DNA from: a virus
Taxonomy: Duplodnaviria > Heunggongvirae > Uroviricota > Caudoviricetes
IMG/VR virus record: IMGVR_UViG_3300012269_000002
Coordinates: 82,407 to 146,406 of that record
Length of the DNA: 64,000 nucleotides
Direction: 5' to 3' (one strand)
Positions within the stretch are counted from its first letter, which is position 1. Every line of letters begins with the position of its first letter. The position numbers and the translations under genes were made by a program. This document shows positions 1 to 9,854 of this stretch, in pieces. The notes beneath the pieces are model-generated. The model saw only the letters and a list, made by a program, of their open reading frames with translations, searched no databases and had not been told where the DNA came from.

Positions 1-615
1 GACCTACTGGCCCAATATGGTTCTTATAAGGACGTTAGAAAGCCCATATTCGATTGTAATGAAGACCAGATTAACGATGGCAATGCCATGATTGATGCTG
101 GCCATAATTTTATAAGATTGATGCATAGGCGAGGTGCGGTTTTATTGGATACGGAAATGGTGTTGGGTAGTAACGAATTAAAGTATACTGGGCAACCAGA
201 TAAGGTATGGATAATGTTCGATGGTGAGGGTAATTTGGGTTTCATAGTCACCGACTGGAAATCGAATAAGCCTAAAAATTTCGAGGTACATTCATATACG
301 GAAGCTATGTTACCTCCGTTTGAAGATGAAATGGATACGTCCTTAGGGCACTATAAAATACAATTACCACTATATGCCAGATTAATATTGGATATGTTAA
401 AAGGTACAAAATATGAGGATATTAAATTATTTGGTTGTATTATTGTTCATTTATCGGCTGAGGGAGTTTATAAAGAATTTAGAGTATCTAGGGATTTTAT
501 AAATATAGTGTTAACAATGCCACCATTACCTAGAATTAAAGAGGTGATGAAAAAGAAAAAAACTGATTTAATAGCCGAAGAAGATAGGGTTAAATTACTA
601 AAAAGTAGATTATAA
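1..615 (+). CDS. PD-(D/E)XK nuclease, RecB/Cas4-like (C-terminal part; ORF is open to window start)
   Basis: Frame 1 is open from nt 1. Motifs GQPDKVWIMFDGE, IVTDWKS and QLPLYARL resemble the RecB-family nuclease core (D..D/E.K and QLxxY). It sits directly upstream of the Mre11-like and Rad50-like genes. Confidence 0.5.
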   Translation, partial: DLLAQYGSYKDVRKPIFDCNEDQINDGNAMIDAGHNFIRLMHRRGAVLLDTEMVLGSNELKYTGQPDKVWIMFDGEGNLGFIVTDWKSNKPKNFEVHSYTEAMLPPFEDEMDTSLGHYKIQLPLYARLILDMLKGTKYEDIKLFGCIIVHLSAEGVYKEFRVSRDFINIVLTMPPLPRIKEVMKKKKTDLIAEEDRVKLLKSRL

Positions 616-1295
616 TGGTAAAAAAAATAATACATATGGCCGACATTCACATCAGAACATACAAAATGCATTCTGAATATGGTGAAGCCTTTAAGACAAC
701 ATTAAAGGAGATTAGGAAATTAGTCGAAGGTTATGAAAGAGATGAAATTAGAATAGTTATCGCTGGTGATTATGTTCACCAAAAAATAACCATATCTAAT
801 GAATTATTAATGCTAGGGACCTGGTTCCTTAGAAAGTTAGATAAAATAGCACCAGTTGTTATAATTGCTGGCAATCATGATTTGTTAGAAAATAACAAGG
901 ATAGGTTAGATAGTATCACACCTATGGTTAAGTTGTTACCTGATTGTAAAATACAATATTATAGAGATACTGGGTGTTTTGAAGACGGAAACATAGTTTG
1001 GTGTGTTTATTCTATTTTTGAGGAAAATAGTAGACCAGATATTGAATCCGCTAGACTTGAATTCGGTGATGATAAAACATATATCGGATTATATCATGCA
1101 CCATTAGCTGGCGCAACTACGGATATAGGTTATAAATTCGATGAAGCGCAATCATTGGAACATTTTGATGGTTGTGATATGGTTTTATTAGGGGATATTC
1201 ATAAAAGAAGTTGTTTTTATAATATTGAAAAAAAAGAAATTTATGAATCAGAATTAGAAAGGTATGAAAAAATGGGTTGGGTTATGGATGAATAA
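615..1295 (+). CDS. Mre11/SbcD-like calcineurin-type phosphoesterase (recombination nuclease subunit)
   Basis: Metallophosphoesterase motifs are present in order: ADIHI, GDYVH, GNHD, LYHAP, GDIHK. Its position next to the Rad50-like gene matches the T4 gp47/gp46 arrangement. Confidence 0.65.
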   Translation: MVKKIIHMADIHIRTYKMHSEYGEAFKTTLKEIRKLVEGYERDEIRIVIAGDYVHQKITISNELLMLGTWFLRKLDKIAPVVIIAGNHDLLENNKDRLDSITPMVKLLPDCKIQYYRDTGCFEDGNIVWCVYSIFEENSRPDIESARLEFGDDKTYIGLYHAPLAGATTDIGYKFDEAQSLEHFDGCDMVLLGDIHKRSCFYNIEKKEIYESELERYEKMGWVMDE

Positions 1296-1355
1296 CATCT
1301 TTTCACGTTTGTTGTTATATTTATTATTAAATAATAATACAACAAAATTTTAGAT

Positions 1356-2273
1356 ATGTATAAAAAATGTGAAAAATGTGGTAACGAATATAACGCTAAA
1401 CGAAAGGCACAAAAATATTGTACCAGAAAATGCCAATATAATAGTTATAAAAAAGATAAAATAGAGAGAGTTAAAACCGTATGTTTATTTTGTAAGGTTG
1501 AATTTAACACATTACCGAATAAACTTAAAACTGGTAAATCTAAATATTGTTCAAGAAAATGTAAGGATGAACATCAAAAAGAAGTTTACTTAAAAGAAGG
1601 TAATCCAGTTTATAATAATAAACATACTGATGAATGGAAGGTATGGAATTCGAATAGAATGAAGGGGTTATGGATTAATGAAAATCATAGAGATAATGTT
1701 AAATTAGGTCAAGAGCGATTTTTTGAAGAAAATGGATTTTGGTGTGGTTCTGATGAAAAATCGTTAGAGAAACGAGAAAATACTTTATTACGAAAATATG
1801 GTGTTAAAAATATATCAGAAATAGATATGTATAGAACTAAAGCTGATAATACTTGTATAAAAAAATATGGTAAAACTGCGTTTGAGTTATTATTAATGGC
1901 TAATAAAAACAATAAAGGGACTAGCATTGAAATTAAAATTGGTAAGTTATTAATGGAACAAAACATTAAATTTGAGACACAATTTGAAATTAGTTATAAT
2001 AAAATAAATTTTAGGTCTTATGATTTCTACTTAAATGAATTTAATTTATTAATTGAAGCCGATGGCGATTATTGGCATAGCAACCCAAATAAATATGATG
2101 ATAAAATATTAACAGAGGTTCAGAAAATAAATAAAAAAAATGATGAATTTAAAAATAAATTAGCTTATAAAAATGACTATAATTTGATTAGATTTTGCGA
2201 AACCGATATTAGAAAGAAAAATTTTAAATTCAAATTATTTAACGAAATTAAAAAATATGGAAAAAAAGATTAA
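1356..2273 (+). CDS. Homing-endonuclease-like protein: N-terminal CxxC zinc ribbons plus C-terminal Vsr/DUF559-like nuclease domain
   Basis: Repeated CxxC...C..KC motifs. The C-terminal IEADGDYWHSNP resembles the Vsr FxDGxFWH core. A paralogous nuclease domain occurs in ORF 3713. Confidence 0.45.
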   Translation: MYKKCEKCGNEYNAKRKAQKYCTRKCQYNSYKKDKIERVKTVCLFCKVEFNTLPNKLKTGKSKYCSRKCKDEHQKEVYLKEGNPVYNNKHTDEWKVWNSNRMKGLWINENHRDNVKLGQERFFEENGFWCGSDEKSLEKRENTLLRKYGVKNISEIDMYRTKADNTCIKKYGKTAFELLLMANKNNKGTSIEIKIGKLLMEQNIKFETQFEISYNKINFRSYDFYLNEFNLLIEADGDYWHSNPNKYDDKILTEVQKINKKNDEFKNKLAYKNDYNLIRFCETDIRKKNFKFKLFNEIKKYGKKD

Positions 2274-2484
2274 AATTAAAAAAATAGTCCCAATGTGTTT
2301 TAGCAGTAGCCTAATACAACAAAACTTTGGTGAGACTGTTAATAAACATGGGTTTTTATTCTGGGATGTTGAATCTAGGACATATACCGAGTGTGACATA
2401 GAGACCGATTTTGGGTTCTACCAATTTAAGATAAACTCGCTGGATGATTTAGATAATAATGTTGAAGTTTTAACAAATATATAA
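2257..2484 (+). CDS. hypothetical protein
   Basis: ORF in the dense + strand array; no recognisable motif. Confidence 0.3.
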   Translation: MEKKIKIKKIVPMCFSSSLIQQNFGETVNKHGFLFWDVESRTYTECDIETDFGFYQFKINSLDDLDNNVEVLTNI

Positions 2485-2485
2485 G

Positions 2486-2698
2486 ATGGAATTACACGAA
2501 TTAATAACATTTTTATTATCTTTGCCAGATGAATTTAAAAAATATAAAATAGTAAATGGTGAGTTTGGTAAAATCGATGAAGATTATTTCTATAGGGTTG
2601 ATAAACCTATATTAAGTATTGAAATTGATGAAAATACAAAAGAAATAGTGTTTTTAGATAAAACCAATGAAAAAATTAATAAAGATGGAGATACCTAA
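2486..2698 (+). CDS. hypothetical protein
   Basis: ORF in the + strand array. Confidence 0.3.
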   Translation: MELHELITFLLSLPDEFKKYKIVNGEFGKIDEDYFYRVDKPILSIEIDENTKEIVFLDKTNEKINKDGDT

Positions 2699-3080
2699 GG
2701 ACTTAAAAGATGAAATTTGGGAATATTGTAAAGTAAACGATATTCCGAATATTAGTGAATTTAATCTTAAAATAATTAAACAGGGGTTTACTGCTGAAAA
2801 ATACGGTAGCACACCATTTAAAACTAAAGAGGTTATTGTTGAAAAAGAAGTTATTGTCGAAAAAGAAGTTTATGTTGAAAAAGAAGTTTATGTTACCGAT
2901 GATGAAGCCAACACCAAATTAAATAGTCAAATAGTTGAATTACAGTTAAAGTTTGACAATCAAACCATTGATTTAGTCGAAATCACTAAAGAGCGAAATG
3001 TGTTAAAAACTAACGTTGAAGCACTTGAAAAAGAATTAAAGTTATTAAAGGATAAAAATAAAGATATTTATGGTGAATAA
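2667..3080 (+). CDS. hypothetical coiled-coil protein with internal KEV(I/Y)VE tandem repeats
   Basis: An 18-nt tandem repeat at 2829-2900 encodes (EKEVIV)x4. The C-terminal part is coiled-coil-like. Confidence 0.35.
   Translation: MKKLIKMEIPKDLKDEIWEYCKVNDIPNISEFNLKIIKQGFTAEKYGSTPFKTKEVIVEKEVIVEKEVYVEKEVYVTDDEANTKLNSQIVELQLKFDNQTIDLVEITKERNVLKTNVEALEKELKLLKDKNKDIYGE
2829..2900 (+). repeat. 18-nt tandem repeat x4 (gaagttattgttgaaaaa-like) inside a CDS
   Basis: Direct reading of the sequence. Confidence 0.8.
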
Positions 3081-3651
3081 TAATAGTATAGTCGTACCAG
3101 CAAATGGTAAGATAAAGGTATATTGGAATGATAAACCTGAACATTATTCTAGAGAAGCTAGAAATAAGGTTAGGAAATTCTTCTCAACGAAATATGGTAT
3201 TCCATCGCAAAATGTAAATGTGATATATCAACCCGTTAAAGTTAATAGGGATGGTGAGACTATACAAATAGAAGGTGGTAGTATAGACAATATAATGACC
3301 ATTAAATATCAAAGGGAATTATTTAAAGAATGGTTAAGTAGAGAAAATAAAGATGTTGATTTTAATAGATTAATTGATTTAGATAATAAAGTTAATGCTG
3401 AATTAAATATTGAATTAGAGGATAAATTACACAGAAAATATAAAATCAAATGGATGATGTTAAACAACTTCCTATCCTTTGGTGAAAATAATTTCTTTCC
3501 CGTTGACAGGTACCAGGGTTTAACCGTTGTTAACTCAGACCCAGCAAACCAAGGCGGAAAATGTATTAGGTACAACACTAAAATTAAAATTAAGTATAAT
3601 CTCGATGAAATAGAGAAAAAACTGGGTTTTATACCCGAAGAATTAAAATAA
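3070..3651 (+). CDS. Rad50/SbcC-like ATPase N-terminal fragment (deviant P-loop ...NQGGK) ending in a short split-intein N piece (CIRYNTKIKI..., 29 aa)
   Basis: The ORF ends ...PANQGGK|CIRYNTKIKIKYNLDEIEKKLGFIPEELK*. The downstream ORF 4728 starts with an intein C-terminal region followed by TTLTIDAIKFLFFG. Splicing would rebuild GGKTTL...AIxFxLFG, the Rad50/gp46 P-loop region. Confidence 0.5.
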   Translation: MVNNNSIVVPANGKIKVYWNDKPEHYSREARNKVRKFFSTKYGIPSQNVNVIYQPVKVNRDGETIQIEGGSIDNIMTIKYQRELFKEWLSRENKDVDFNRLIDLDNKVNAELNIELEDKLHRKYKIKWMMLNNFLSFGENNFFPVDRYQGLTVVNSDPANQGGKCIRYNTKIKIKYNLDEIEKKLGFIPEELK

Positions 3652-3712
3652 TTATTTAAACCTCTTTACTTCCCTGATTAAACGGTTATATTTATATATA
3701 AATAATTTAATT

Positions 3713-4735
3713 ATGGGAAAAGTATATAAATTTTCAAAAGTGGAGTTAAATGATATTGTTAAAATGTATGTTAATGAATTTCAATCAACAAATAATATCG
3801 CTAAAAAATATAATGTTGATACTGGTGTTATAATAAAAAGATTAAGGGATAATAAAATTAAAATTCCTAAGCGCTCTGCATATTCCAAAAAATATTGGTT
3901 AGAAAGGGGAATGGATGAAGATTTAATTGACCCTCATATAAAAACACTTAGACCCGTTAATCCCGAATACTGGTTTAAGTTAGGTTATTCAGAAAGTGAG
4001 GCTATTTTACAAATAGAAGGTCAAAAATTGGTTTCAGAAAGGGGCTGTATAGCTAGGTATGGAGAAATTGAGGGGAAGCGTATTTGGAGTGGAAGGGAAA
4101 TAAAAAGGAGTGAAAATAGTAAAAAGGGTAGTGCTAATTTACAATATTGGTTAAATAAAGGTTATTCTGAGGATGAAGCTAAAATAAAGCGTAGTGAAAG
4201 ACAATCTACATTCTCAAAAGAAATTTGTGTTAAAAAATATGGTGAGGTTGAAGGTTTAAAAATTTTCACCGAAAGACAGAATAAGTGGTCTAAATCTTTA
4301 ACCAATAATGGAAATCTTAAAATAGGGTATTCTAAGATATCACAAGATTTGTTTTATAAATTATTAAAACAATATAAAATAGAAGATAGGGATAAAATTA
4401 ATTTTGCCACACATAATAAAGAGTTTAAATTAAATAAATCTGAATCAGAAGGTGGGATTTGGATGTATGATTTTACTGATATCAAAAATAAAAAGATAAT
4501 CGAATATAATGGTGACCAATATCATGGAAACCCTAAAAAATATTTAGCAGAAGATTATCCACACCCTTTTAGAAAAACAATCACCGCACAAGAAATGTGG
4601 GATAAAGATAAACGTAAGTTAGATATTGCCAATAAAGAAGGTTTTGATGTGTTAGTTATTTGGGATTCAGAATATCGTTGGGGGAATAAAGAAAAAGTAA
4701 TAGATAAATGTAAAAAATTTTTAAAATATGGTTAA
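3713..4735 (+). CDS. Free-standing homing endonuclease (helix-turn-helix/NUMOD-like repeats plus Vsr/DUF559-like nuclease) located between the split intein halves
   Basis: Repeated YW..GYSE.EA helix motifs. C-terminal IIEYNGDQYHGNPKKY ... VLVIWDSEY matches the Vsr-like nuclease core shared with ORF 1356. It lies in a different frame from both flanking Rad50 pieces. Confidence 0.5.
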   Translation: MGKVYKFSKVELNDIVKMYVNEFQSTNNIAKKYNVDTGVIIKRLRDNKIKIPKRSAYSKKYWLERGMDEDLIDPHIKTLRPVNPEYWFKLGYSESEAILQIEGQKLVSERGCIARYGEIEGKRIWSGREIKRSENSKKGSANLQYWLNKGYSEDEAKIKRSERQSTFSKEICVKKYGEVEGLKIFTERQNKWSKSLTNNGNLKIGYSKISQDLFYKLLKQYKIEDRDKINFATHNKEFKLNKSESEGGIWMYDFTDIKNKKIIEYNGDQYHGNPKKYLAEDYPHPFRKTITAQEMWDKDKRKLDIANKEGFDVLVIWDSEYRWGNKEKVIDKCKKFLKYG

Positions 4736-6968
4736 AGAAATTGAGATAGGTAAATTAAATGAAATTTACAAAAAATATGGTGATTTAGGTTTTGAGGTGG
4801 ACACACCATATGGCTTTCATGATATTACATGGTGTGGTATAACCGAAGAAAATGCCGAGGTATATAGATGTGAACTAGAAAATGGTTTGTATGTTGAAGG
4901 TGCTGATTATCATAGATTAAAAAAAGAAGATGGGGAATTTGAAGTTTTAAAGAATATTGAAATCGGAACACCTATTCAAGTTAGGAATGGTATTTCAAAT
5001 GTTAAGTCAATTAAATTATTAAATGAGCGAGACACTTTATATGATATTCAAGTAGATAAAGTTCATCAGTATTATTCAAATGATATAGTATCACATAACA
5101 CGACCTTAACAATTGATGCAATTAAATTCTTATTTTTTGGTACAACAACCAAAACCGATAAGAATGAACAGGTATTCAATCAATTTAGTGAAAACAATGA
5201 CCTTATTCTTAGGGCCATGATTCAAATTGAAGGTGATGACGAGATAATTATAGAGCGTTTTTTAAAGAGGAAGGCTAAACGTAAGGGTGGTTGGACCATA
5301 GAGAATAAATTAAACTACTACATAATCTTACCAGATGGTGAAGAAGAGTTAATGAACGATGAAGATGCCACTAAAACGACAAATTTAATAAAAGAAACCG
5401 TTGGTACCGAAAGTGATTTTGATTTAGTGGTCCTAGCCACATCTAGAAATCTTGACACCCTTGTTGATTCTACATCTGGAGAAAGTGGTAAACTATTAAC
5501 TAGATTTATAGGTCTAGAGGTGATATCGTTGAAAGAAACCGCTGCCCGTAAGATGTATTCAACATTTTCAAAAACTATGAAGTCAAACATTTATGATGTT
5601 GAAACTTTAGACGAAGAAATTAGTGAGCATCAAGGTAAAATAGACGAGTTAAATAGTCAAAGAAAAATTTTAGATATTGAGCTAACTGACCAAAAGGAAA
5701 TTCAAGTTAAATTAAACGAAGAAAAAATTACCCTTATAAGTTCAAAGGAAAAAATAGATGCAAAAATATTAACACTAAACCCATCTAAATTGAATCAAGA
5801 GATTAGCACCATAACTCAAACGGGTGTTGGGTATAAAAATGAGATAGCTGAGTTAAAGGTCAAAATAAAAAAAATCGGTGATATAAATTTTGATGAGGAT
5901 AGAGATTTTGAACTAAGCAAAGAAAAAACATCCGTAAGTAGTGATATAGCTGTTAAAGAAGCTGAAATAATTAGATTAGACAAAGTAATCGATGATTTAA
6001 TAGCTGGTGGTATATGTCAGGCTTGTAACAGAGCCTTAGAGGACGTTGATAACACCGAACACATAAACACTCATAAATTACAAATAGGTGCATTAGGTGA
6101 AGCCTTAATGTCGTTAAGGGTTAAATTATCATCTATCAATATTGAAATTGAGAAATTAAGTGTTGCAAAGGTTAAAATTAATGAAAAAAATAAATTAGAA
6201 TTAAGAAAGGATAGGGTAGAAGTTGAAATTGGGTCATTAAGAAATTCACTTAAGACTAAAAATGACGACTTGAATAAGTACAATGAAAATGTAAGTGGTA
6301 TTGATAAAAATGCTAAACTTGATAGTGAAATAAGTATAGTAGACACTAAACTTATTGTTTGTGAACGTGAAAAAGAAAGCATCAATAATAAAATACAGTC
6401 AAATGGTATCCTAAAGGAAAGTAACAATAAGGATATTACCTTAAAAACGGATTTAATAAAAACCATAAATAAAGAGTTGGAGGTTGATAAAGTCTTTAGG
6501 GTGTATATTGATATGGTCGGTAAAAAGGGTATTAGTAAATTAGTACTTAGGTCGGTACTACCTATAATAAATAGTGAGATACAAAGACTACTTGACGATA
6601 TCACCGATTTTGATGTTGAAGTTTTTGTTGACGATAAGAATGAAGTTAGATATTTATTAATAAAGGATGGGGTTGAGAAACCATTAAAATCTGGTAGTGG
6701 CTTTGAATTGACTGCCGCAAGTATTGCGTTAAGATGTGTACTGGGTAAAATGTCAAATCTACCAAAACCTAACTTCATTGCATTTGATGAGGTCCTAGGT
6801 AGGGTTGCACCAGAGAATATTTCAGCCATGAGACCATTATTCGAAAGAATAACCGATATGTTCGATATAGTCTTCTTTATAACTCAGAATGATTTAGTTA
6901 AGGATTGGGCGAATCAAATTGTGACGGTAATAAAGGATAATAATATCTCTAAAATAAAAACTTTATAA
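4728..6968 (+). CDS. Split-intein C piece (about 124 aa, ends ...LYDIQVDKVHQYYSNDIVSHN) fused to the Rad50/SbcC-like ATPase body (coiled coil, CxxC zinc hook, signature and Walker B motifs)
   Basis: Intein blocks F/G are present (YDIxV...H.Y.SNDIVSHN followed by T). The extein has AIKFLFFG after the P-loop, a long coiled coil with CQAC at its centre, a C-terminal SGSGFELTAASIALR (signature-like) and FIAFDEV (Walker B/D-loop). Confidence 0.6.
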   Translation: MVKEIEIGKLNEIYKKYGDLGFEVDTPYGFHDITWCGITEENAEVYRCELENGLYVEGADYHRLKKEDGEFEVLKNIEIGTPIQVRNGISNVKSIKLLNERDTLYDIQVDKVHQYYSNDIVSHNTTLTIDAIKFLFFGTTTKTDKNEQVFNQFSENNDLILRAMIQIEGDDEIIIERFLKRKAKRKGGWTIENKLNYYIILPDGEEELMNDEDATKTTNLIKETVGTESDFDLVVLATSRNLDTLVDSTSGESGKLLTRFIGLEVISLKETAARKMYSTFSKTMKSNIYDVETLDEEISEHQGKIDELNSQRKILDIELTDQKEIQVKLNEEKITLISSKEKIDAKILTLNPSKLNQEISTITQTGVGYKNEIAELKVKIKKIGDINFDEDRDFELSKEKTSVSSDIAVKEAEIIRLDKVIDDLIAGGICQACNRALEDVDNTEHINTHKLQIGALGEALMSLRVKLSSINIEIEKLSVAKVKINEKNKLELRKDRVEVEIGSLRNSLKTKNDDLNKYNENVSGIDKNAKLDSEISIVDTKLIVCEREKESINNKIQSNGILKESNNKDITLKTDLIKTINKELEVDKVFRVYIDMVGKKGISKLVLRSVLPIINSEIQRLLDDITDFDVEVFVDDKNEVRYLLIKDGVEKPLKSGSGFELTAASIALRCVLGKMSNLPKPNFIAFDEVLGRVAPENISAMRPLFERITDMFDIVFFITQNDLVKDWANQIVTVIKDNNISKIKTL

Positions 6969-7036
6969 TAAAATATTAGTTTAAACATTAGAATATTCCT
7001 ATCTTTGTAGTATAATAATTAGAAAAATAAAAATAT

Positions 7037-7603
7037 ATGAATTTTAAAAACTATTGCGTAATAATCATGGGTGAAACCAAGGGGTGTAAAATCGAGATTG
7101 TAAAGATTGCCGAGGATACACCAAGATTTTTAGAAGCTAAGGGTGTGACTATTGCCACATTTTTAAGCGTTGCGGAGCCTGGTGAAATAACCGAATACTT
7201 TAAAACGTTTAATAGAAATTTCATGGTGTTCGATTTAAATAAAAATTCTTCTGGATTTAATTTAACTAATAAGCAGATACAGGAATTATTGTTCGGACAC
7301 TTGGATAATGAAGATAATGGAAGTATTGAGTTTAAAAATAAGACCAATGACTTAATCGATGATATTAATCGACAAAGTAGGGCCAATGCTACCAATAGGA
7401 TTAATAAACCCAAAAAAACTAAGATAAATCTAGAGAGTAGAATTGTTAAACCTAAGACACGTTATATAATATCCGAGGATATGACAAAATCGGAAATCAC
7501 TGAAATTATTAATCAAATACTCGATAAGGGTACTGATAATTTAACCAAATATGATAGAGAAACATTAGCAAAGTTATCAGAGCTTTCTGCACAGACAAAA
7601 TAA
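7037..7603 (+). CDS. hypothetical protein
   Basis: ORF with a plausible context; no motif recognised. Confidence 0.3.
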   Translation: MNFKNYCVIIMGETKGCKIEIVKIAEDTPRFLEAKGVTIATFLSVAEPGEITEYFKTFNRNFMVFDLNKNSSGFNLTNKQIQELLFGHLDNEDNGSIEFKNKTNDLIDDINRQSRANATNRINKPKKTKINLESRIVKPKTRYIISEDMTKSEITEIINQILDKGTDNLTKYDRETLAKLSELSAQTK

Positions 7604-7692
7604 CCTAAAATAGGTTAAAACATAAATTAAACGTTAAAAAACACCTTTTAAACGGTTTTTTTTAAAAATAACCCCTAAATTTAGTTTACTTT

Positions 7693-7725
7693 TGGGATAT
7701 ATTACGTATGTTATATATCCCATAA
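7693..7725. promoter_or_regulatory. 9-bp inverted repeat (gggatatat ... atatatccc) upstream of the sigma factor gene
   Basis: Perfect inverted repeat with a 10-nt spacer, about 35 nt upstream of the sigma gene start. Possible operator or regulatory hairpin. Confidence 0.3.
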
Positions 7726-7759
7726 GAAATAAATTATTTAGGGGCTTTATTGGTTATTT

Positions 7760-8590
7760 ATGAGTAAAAAATATATTAATTTTAATGACGATGAAAGTAT
7801 TTCAAAATACTTTAAAGACGTAAAGAAAACAAAATTACTAACTCCAGAAGAAGAAGTTGAGTTAGCGATACAAATAAAAAATGGTAGTCAAGTGGCAATT
7901 GACAAGTTGGTGAGTGCTAACTTAAAATTTGTTGTATCCGTTGCAAAAGAATACCAAGGACAAGGGTTACAATTAAGTGATTTAATTAGTGAAGGTAATC
8001 TTGGTATGGTGAAAGCGGCAAAACGCTATGACCATACTAGAGGGTTTCGTTTTATATCTTATGCTGTTTGGTGGATTAGACAATCCATAATGCAAAGTTT
8101 AAACGATAACTCCAGAACCATTAGATATCCATCTAATGTTATAAACAAAATATCATTAACAAAGAAAAAATTTGAGAAATTTGAGATTGACAATTGCAGA
8201 CAGGCCGATTTCACCGATTTTTATGATGACTCATTGGTTGATTTTAAATCCCTGGCCAAATGCTCATCATTTAATGAGATAATCAACGATTCTGGTAGTG
8301 AGATATCTGAATTGTTGATTGACAATGATTATGATTATGACGATATATTCAATGAGGGTGATGGTATCATAAAAAACGAACTAGTTAATATGTTAAGTGA
8401 ACTTTCCGACAGAGAGAGGGAAATAATTAATTGTTATTTTGGTATCGATAAGGATTATGATAGTATGACATTAGAAGTTATAGGTGAAAAATATAATCTA
8501 ACCAAGGAAAGAATACGCCAGATAAAGGAGAAGGCTCTAAGAAAACTTAGACATAATGCCGATAATTTATTCGATATAATAAATAAGTAA
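7760..8590 (+). CDS. RNA polymerase sigma-70 family sigma factor (phage-encoded)
   Basis: Region 2 has EGNLGMVKAAKRYD and YAVWWIRQSIMQS. Region 4 has LTKERIRQIKEKALRKLRH (HTH). Confidence 0.85.
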   Translation: MSKKYINFNDDESISKYFKDVKKTKLLTPEEEVELAIQIKNGSQVAIDKLVSANLKFVVSVAKEYQGQGLQLSDLISEGNLGMVKAAKRYDHTRGFRFISYAVWWIRQSIMQSLNDNSRTIRYPSNVINKISLTKKKFEKFEIDNCRQADFTDFYDDSLVDFKSLAKCSSFNEIINDSGSEISELLIDNDYDYDDIFNEGDGIIKNELVNMLSELSDREREIINCYFGIDKDYDSMTLEVIGEKYNLTKERIRQIKEKALRKLRHNADNLFDIINK

Positions 8591-8612
8591 TATTTATTAC
8601 TAAATTTAGAAC

Positions 8613-9854
8613 ATGAAAAAAGTATTATTATATTTAGTTTTATTTATGGCTGTTAGTATGGCATCCATAGTTGCGGTTGTTTCCGTTAGTGGATTATTAA
8701 AAGTTTTTACTGGTGCTGGTATGTTGGGGCTACTATTCTTCATTGCGATTGAGATTGCGAAGATAGTAGCCACTTCTGCGATACATACCTATTATAAAAA
8801 AATAGGTTTGTTGTATTCCTTGTTATTATCTATTGGTGTCGTAATATCCATGATAATAACCTCCGTTGGTATTTATGGGTTCTTAAGCACCTCATACCAA
8901 GAATCATATGCATCAATGATTGGTATAGACAACCAAATTGAGTTAATAGAGGGTAGTAAAACCCTCCTTATTGAATCTAAGGAAAATATCAATAAAGATA
9001 TTGAACTTAAAAGAGGTAGGATAACAAAAATATTGGAGGTTAGAGCGCAACAAGAAGATAGATTGGTTGCGTTATATGATAAAAATTGGGTTACCACAGC
9101 AAGAGGTACTGAAAAAATAATATCGGAGGCTAACGAAGATATAAAAACTATTGAAGATGATATAAATGAATTAATTAATAATTTAAACGTAATTAATGAT
9201 AGTTTAAATTCTAAATCATTGTCGGTAATCGAATTAAATCAAGATAATAAGGGAGCCGCAGAACTTAATTCATTAAAATACCTATCGAGTGTAACTGGTA
9301 AATCAATGGATGAGGTTATGAAATGGTTTATATTGTTATTAATAATAATAGGTGACCCTATGGCCGTATTATTGATTATAGTTTTTAATAAAATAGTTAA
9401 TAAAAAAGATGAGGGTGAACAAGTTGACCCTCAAGTAGAGAAGCCTGTTGGGGTCGAATATAACCCCATTACGGTAAGTGAGGGAGTAACTGAGGGAGTA
9501 ACTGAGGGAGTAACTGAGGGAGTAACTGAGGGAGCAACTGAGGCTGTAAATGATGCGGTAAATGATGCGGTAAATGATGCGGTAAATGATATAATATCCG
9601 AAGATGATTCCGAAGTTGAAATAGAAGATGATTTTACGGAAGAAACTACAGCAACCCCAACAGAGTTAGCTAATAACAATAGAATAACCAGGAATGACAT
9701 AAAAGAAATAAGGGAAAGAGGGTTTTCCGTAGATATTCCAGATAGAAATAACAATAAGATAGATAGAATCGGTGCCAATAAAGAAATAAGAGACGGTAAC
9801 GGTGATATTATCTATTACAAAAGAACTGGTGGTAATCCAAATGATAATAAATAA
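8613..9854 (+). CDS. membrane protein with coiled-coil and low-complexity VTEG/AVND repeat region
   Basis: N-terminal transmembrane helices, a second TM near residue 240, and tandem repeats encoded at 9476-9592. Confidence 0.4.
   Translation: MKKVLLYLVLFMAVSMASIVAVVSVSGLLKVFTGAGMLGLLFFIAIEIAKIVATSAIHTYYKKIGLLYSLLLSIGVVISMIITSVGIYGFLSTSYQESYASMIGIDNQIELIEGSKTLLIESKENINKDIELKRGRITKILEVRAQQEDRLVALYDKNWVTTARGTEKIISEANEDIKTIEDDINELINNLNVINDSLNSKSLSVIELNQDNKGAAELNSLKYLSSVTGKSMDEVMKWFILLLIIIGDPMAVLLIIVFNKIVNKKDEGEQVDPQVEKPVGVEYNPITVSEGVTEGVTEGVTEGVTEGATEAVNDAVNDAVNDAVNDIISEDDSEVEIEDDFTEETTATPTELANNNRITRNDIKEIRERGFSVDIPDRNNNKIDRIGANKEIRDGNGDIIYYKRTGGNPNDNK
9476..9592 (+). repeat. tandem 12-nt repeats (gagggagtaact x~4.5, then gatgcggtaaat x~3.5) inside a CDS
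   Basis: Direct reading. The repeats encode (VTEG)n(AVND)n. Confidence 0.8.

Noticed and set aside
5318-6829. Long minus-strand ORFs (for example 6071-6829, 252 aa, and 5318-5590) antisense to the Rad50-like gene. There are similar antisense ORFs at 9431-9778, 15441-15725, 34599-34880, 36437-36733 and 60803-61105.
   Set aside because: They lie wholly inside strongly supported + strand genes. Their translations are low-complexity (Ser/Leu/Phe-rich or His/Leu-rich mirror products of acidic/Lys codons). They are typical AT-rich antisense artefacts.
2829-9592. Tandem direct repeats (2829-2900 and 9476-9592), considered as a possible CRISPR array or iteron cluster.
   Set aside because: The units are 12-18 nt, contiguous without spacers, in-frame inside ORFs and encode peptide repeats. 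They have no CRISPR repeat-spacer architecture.
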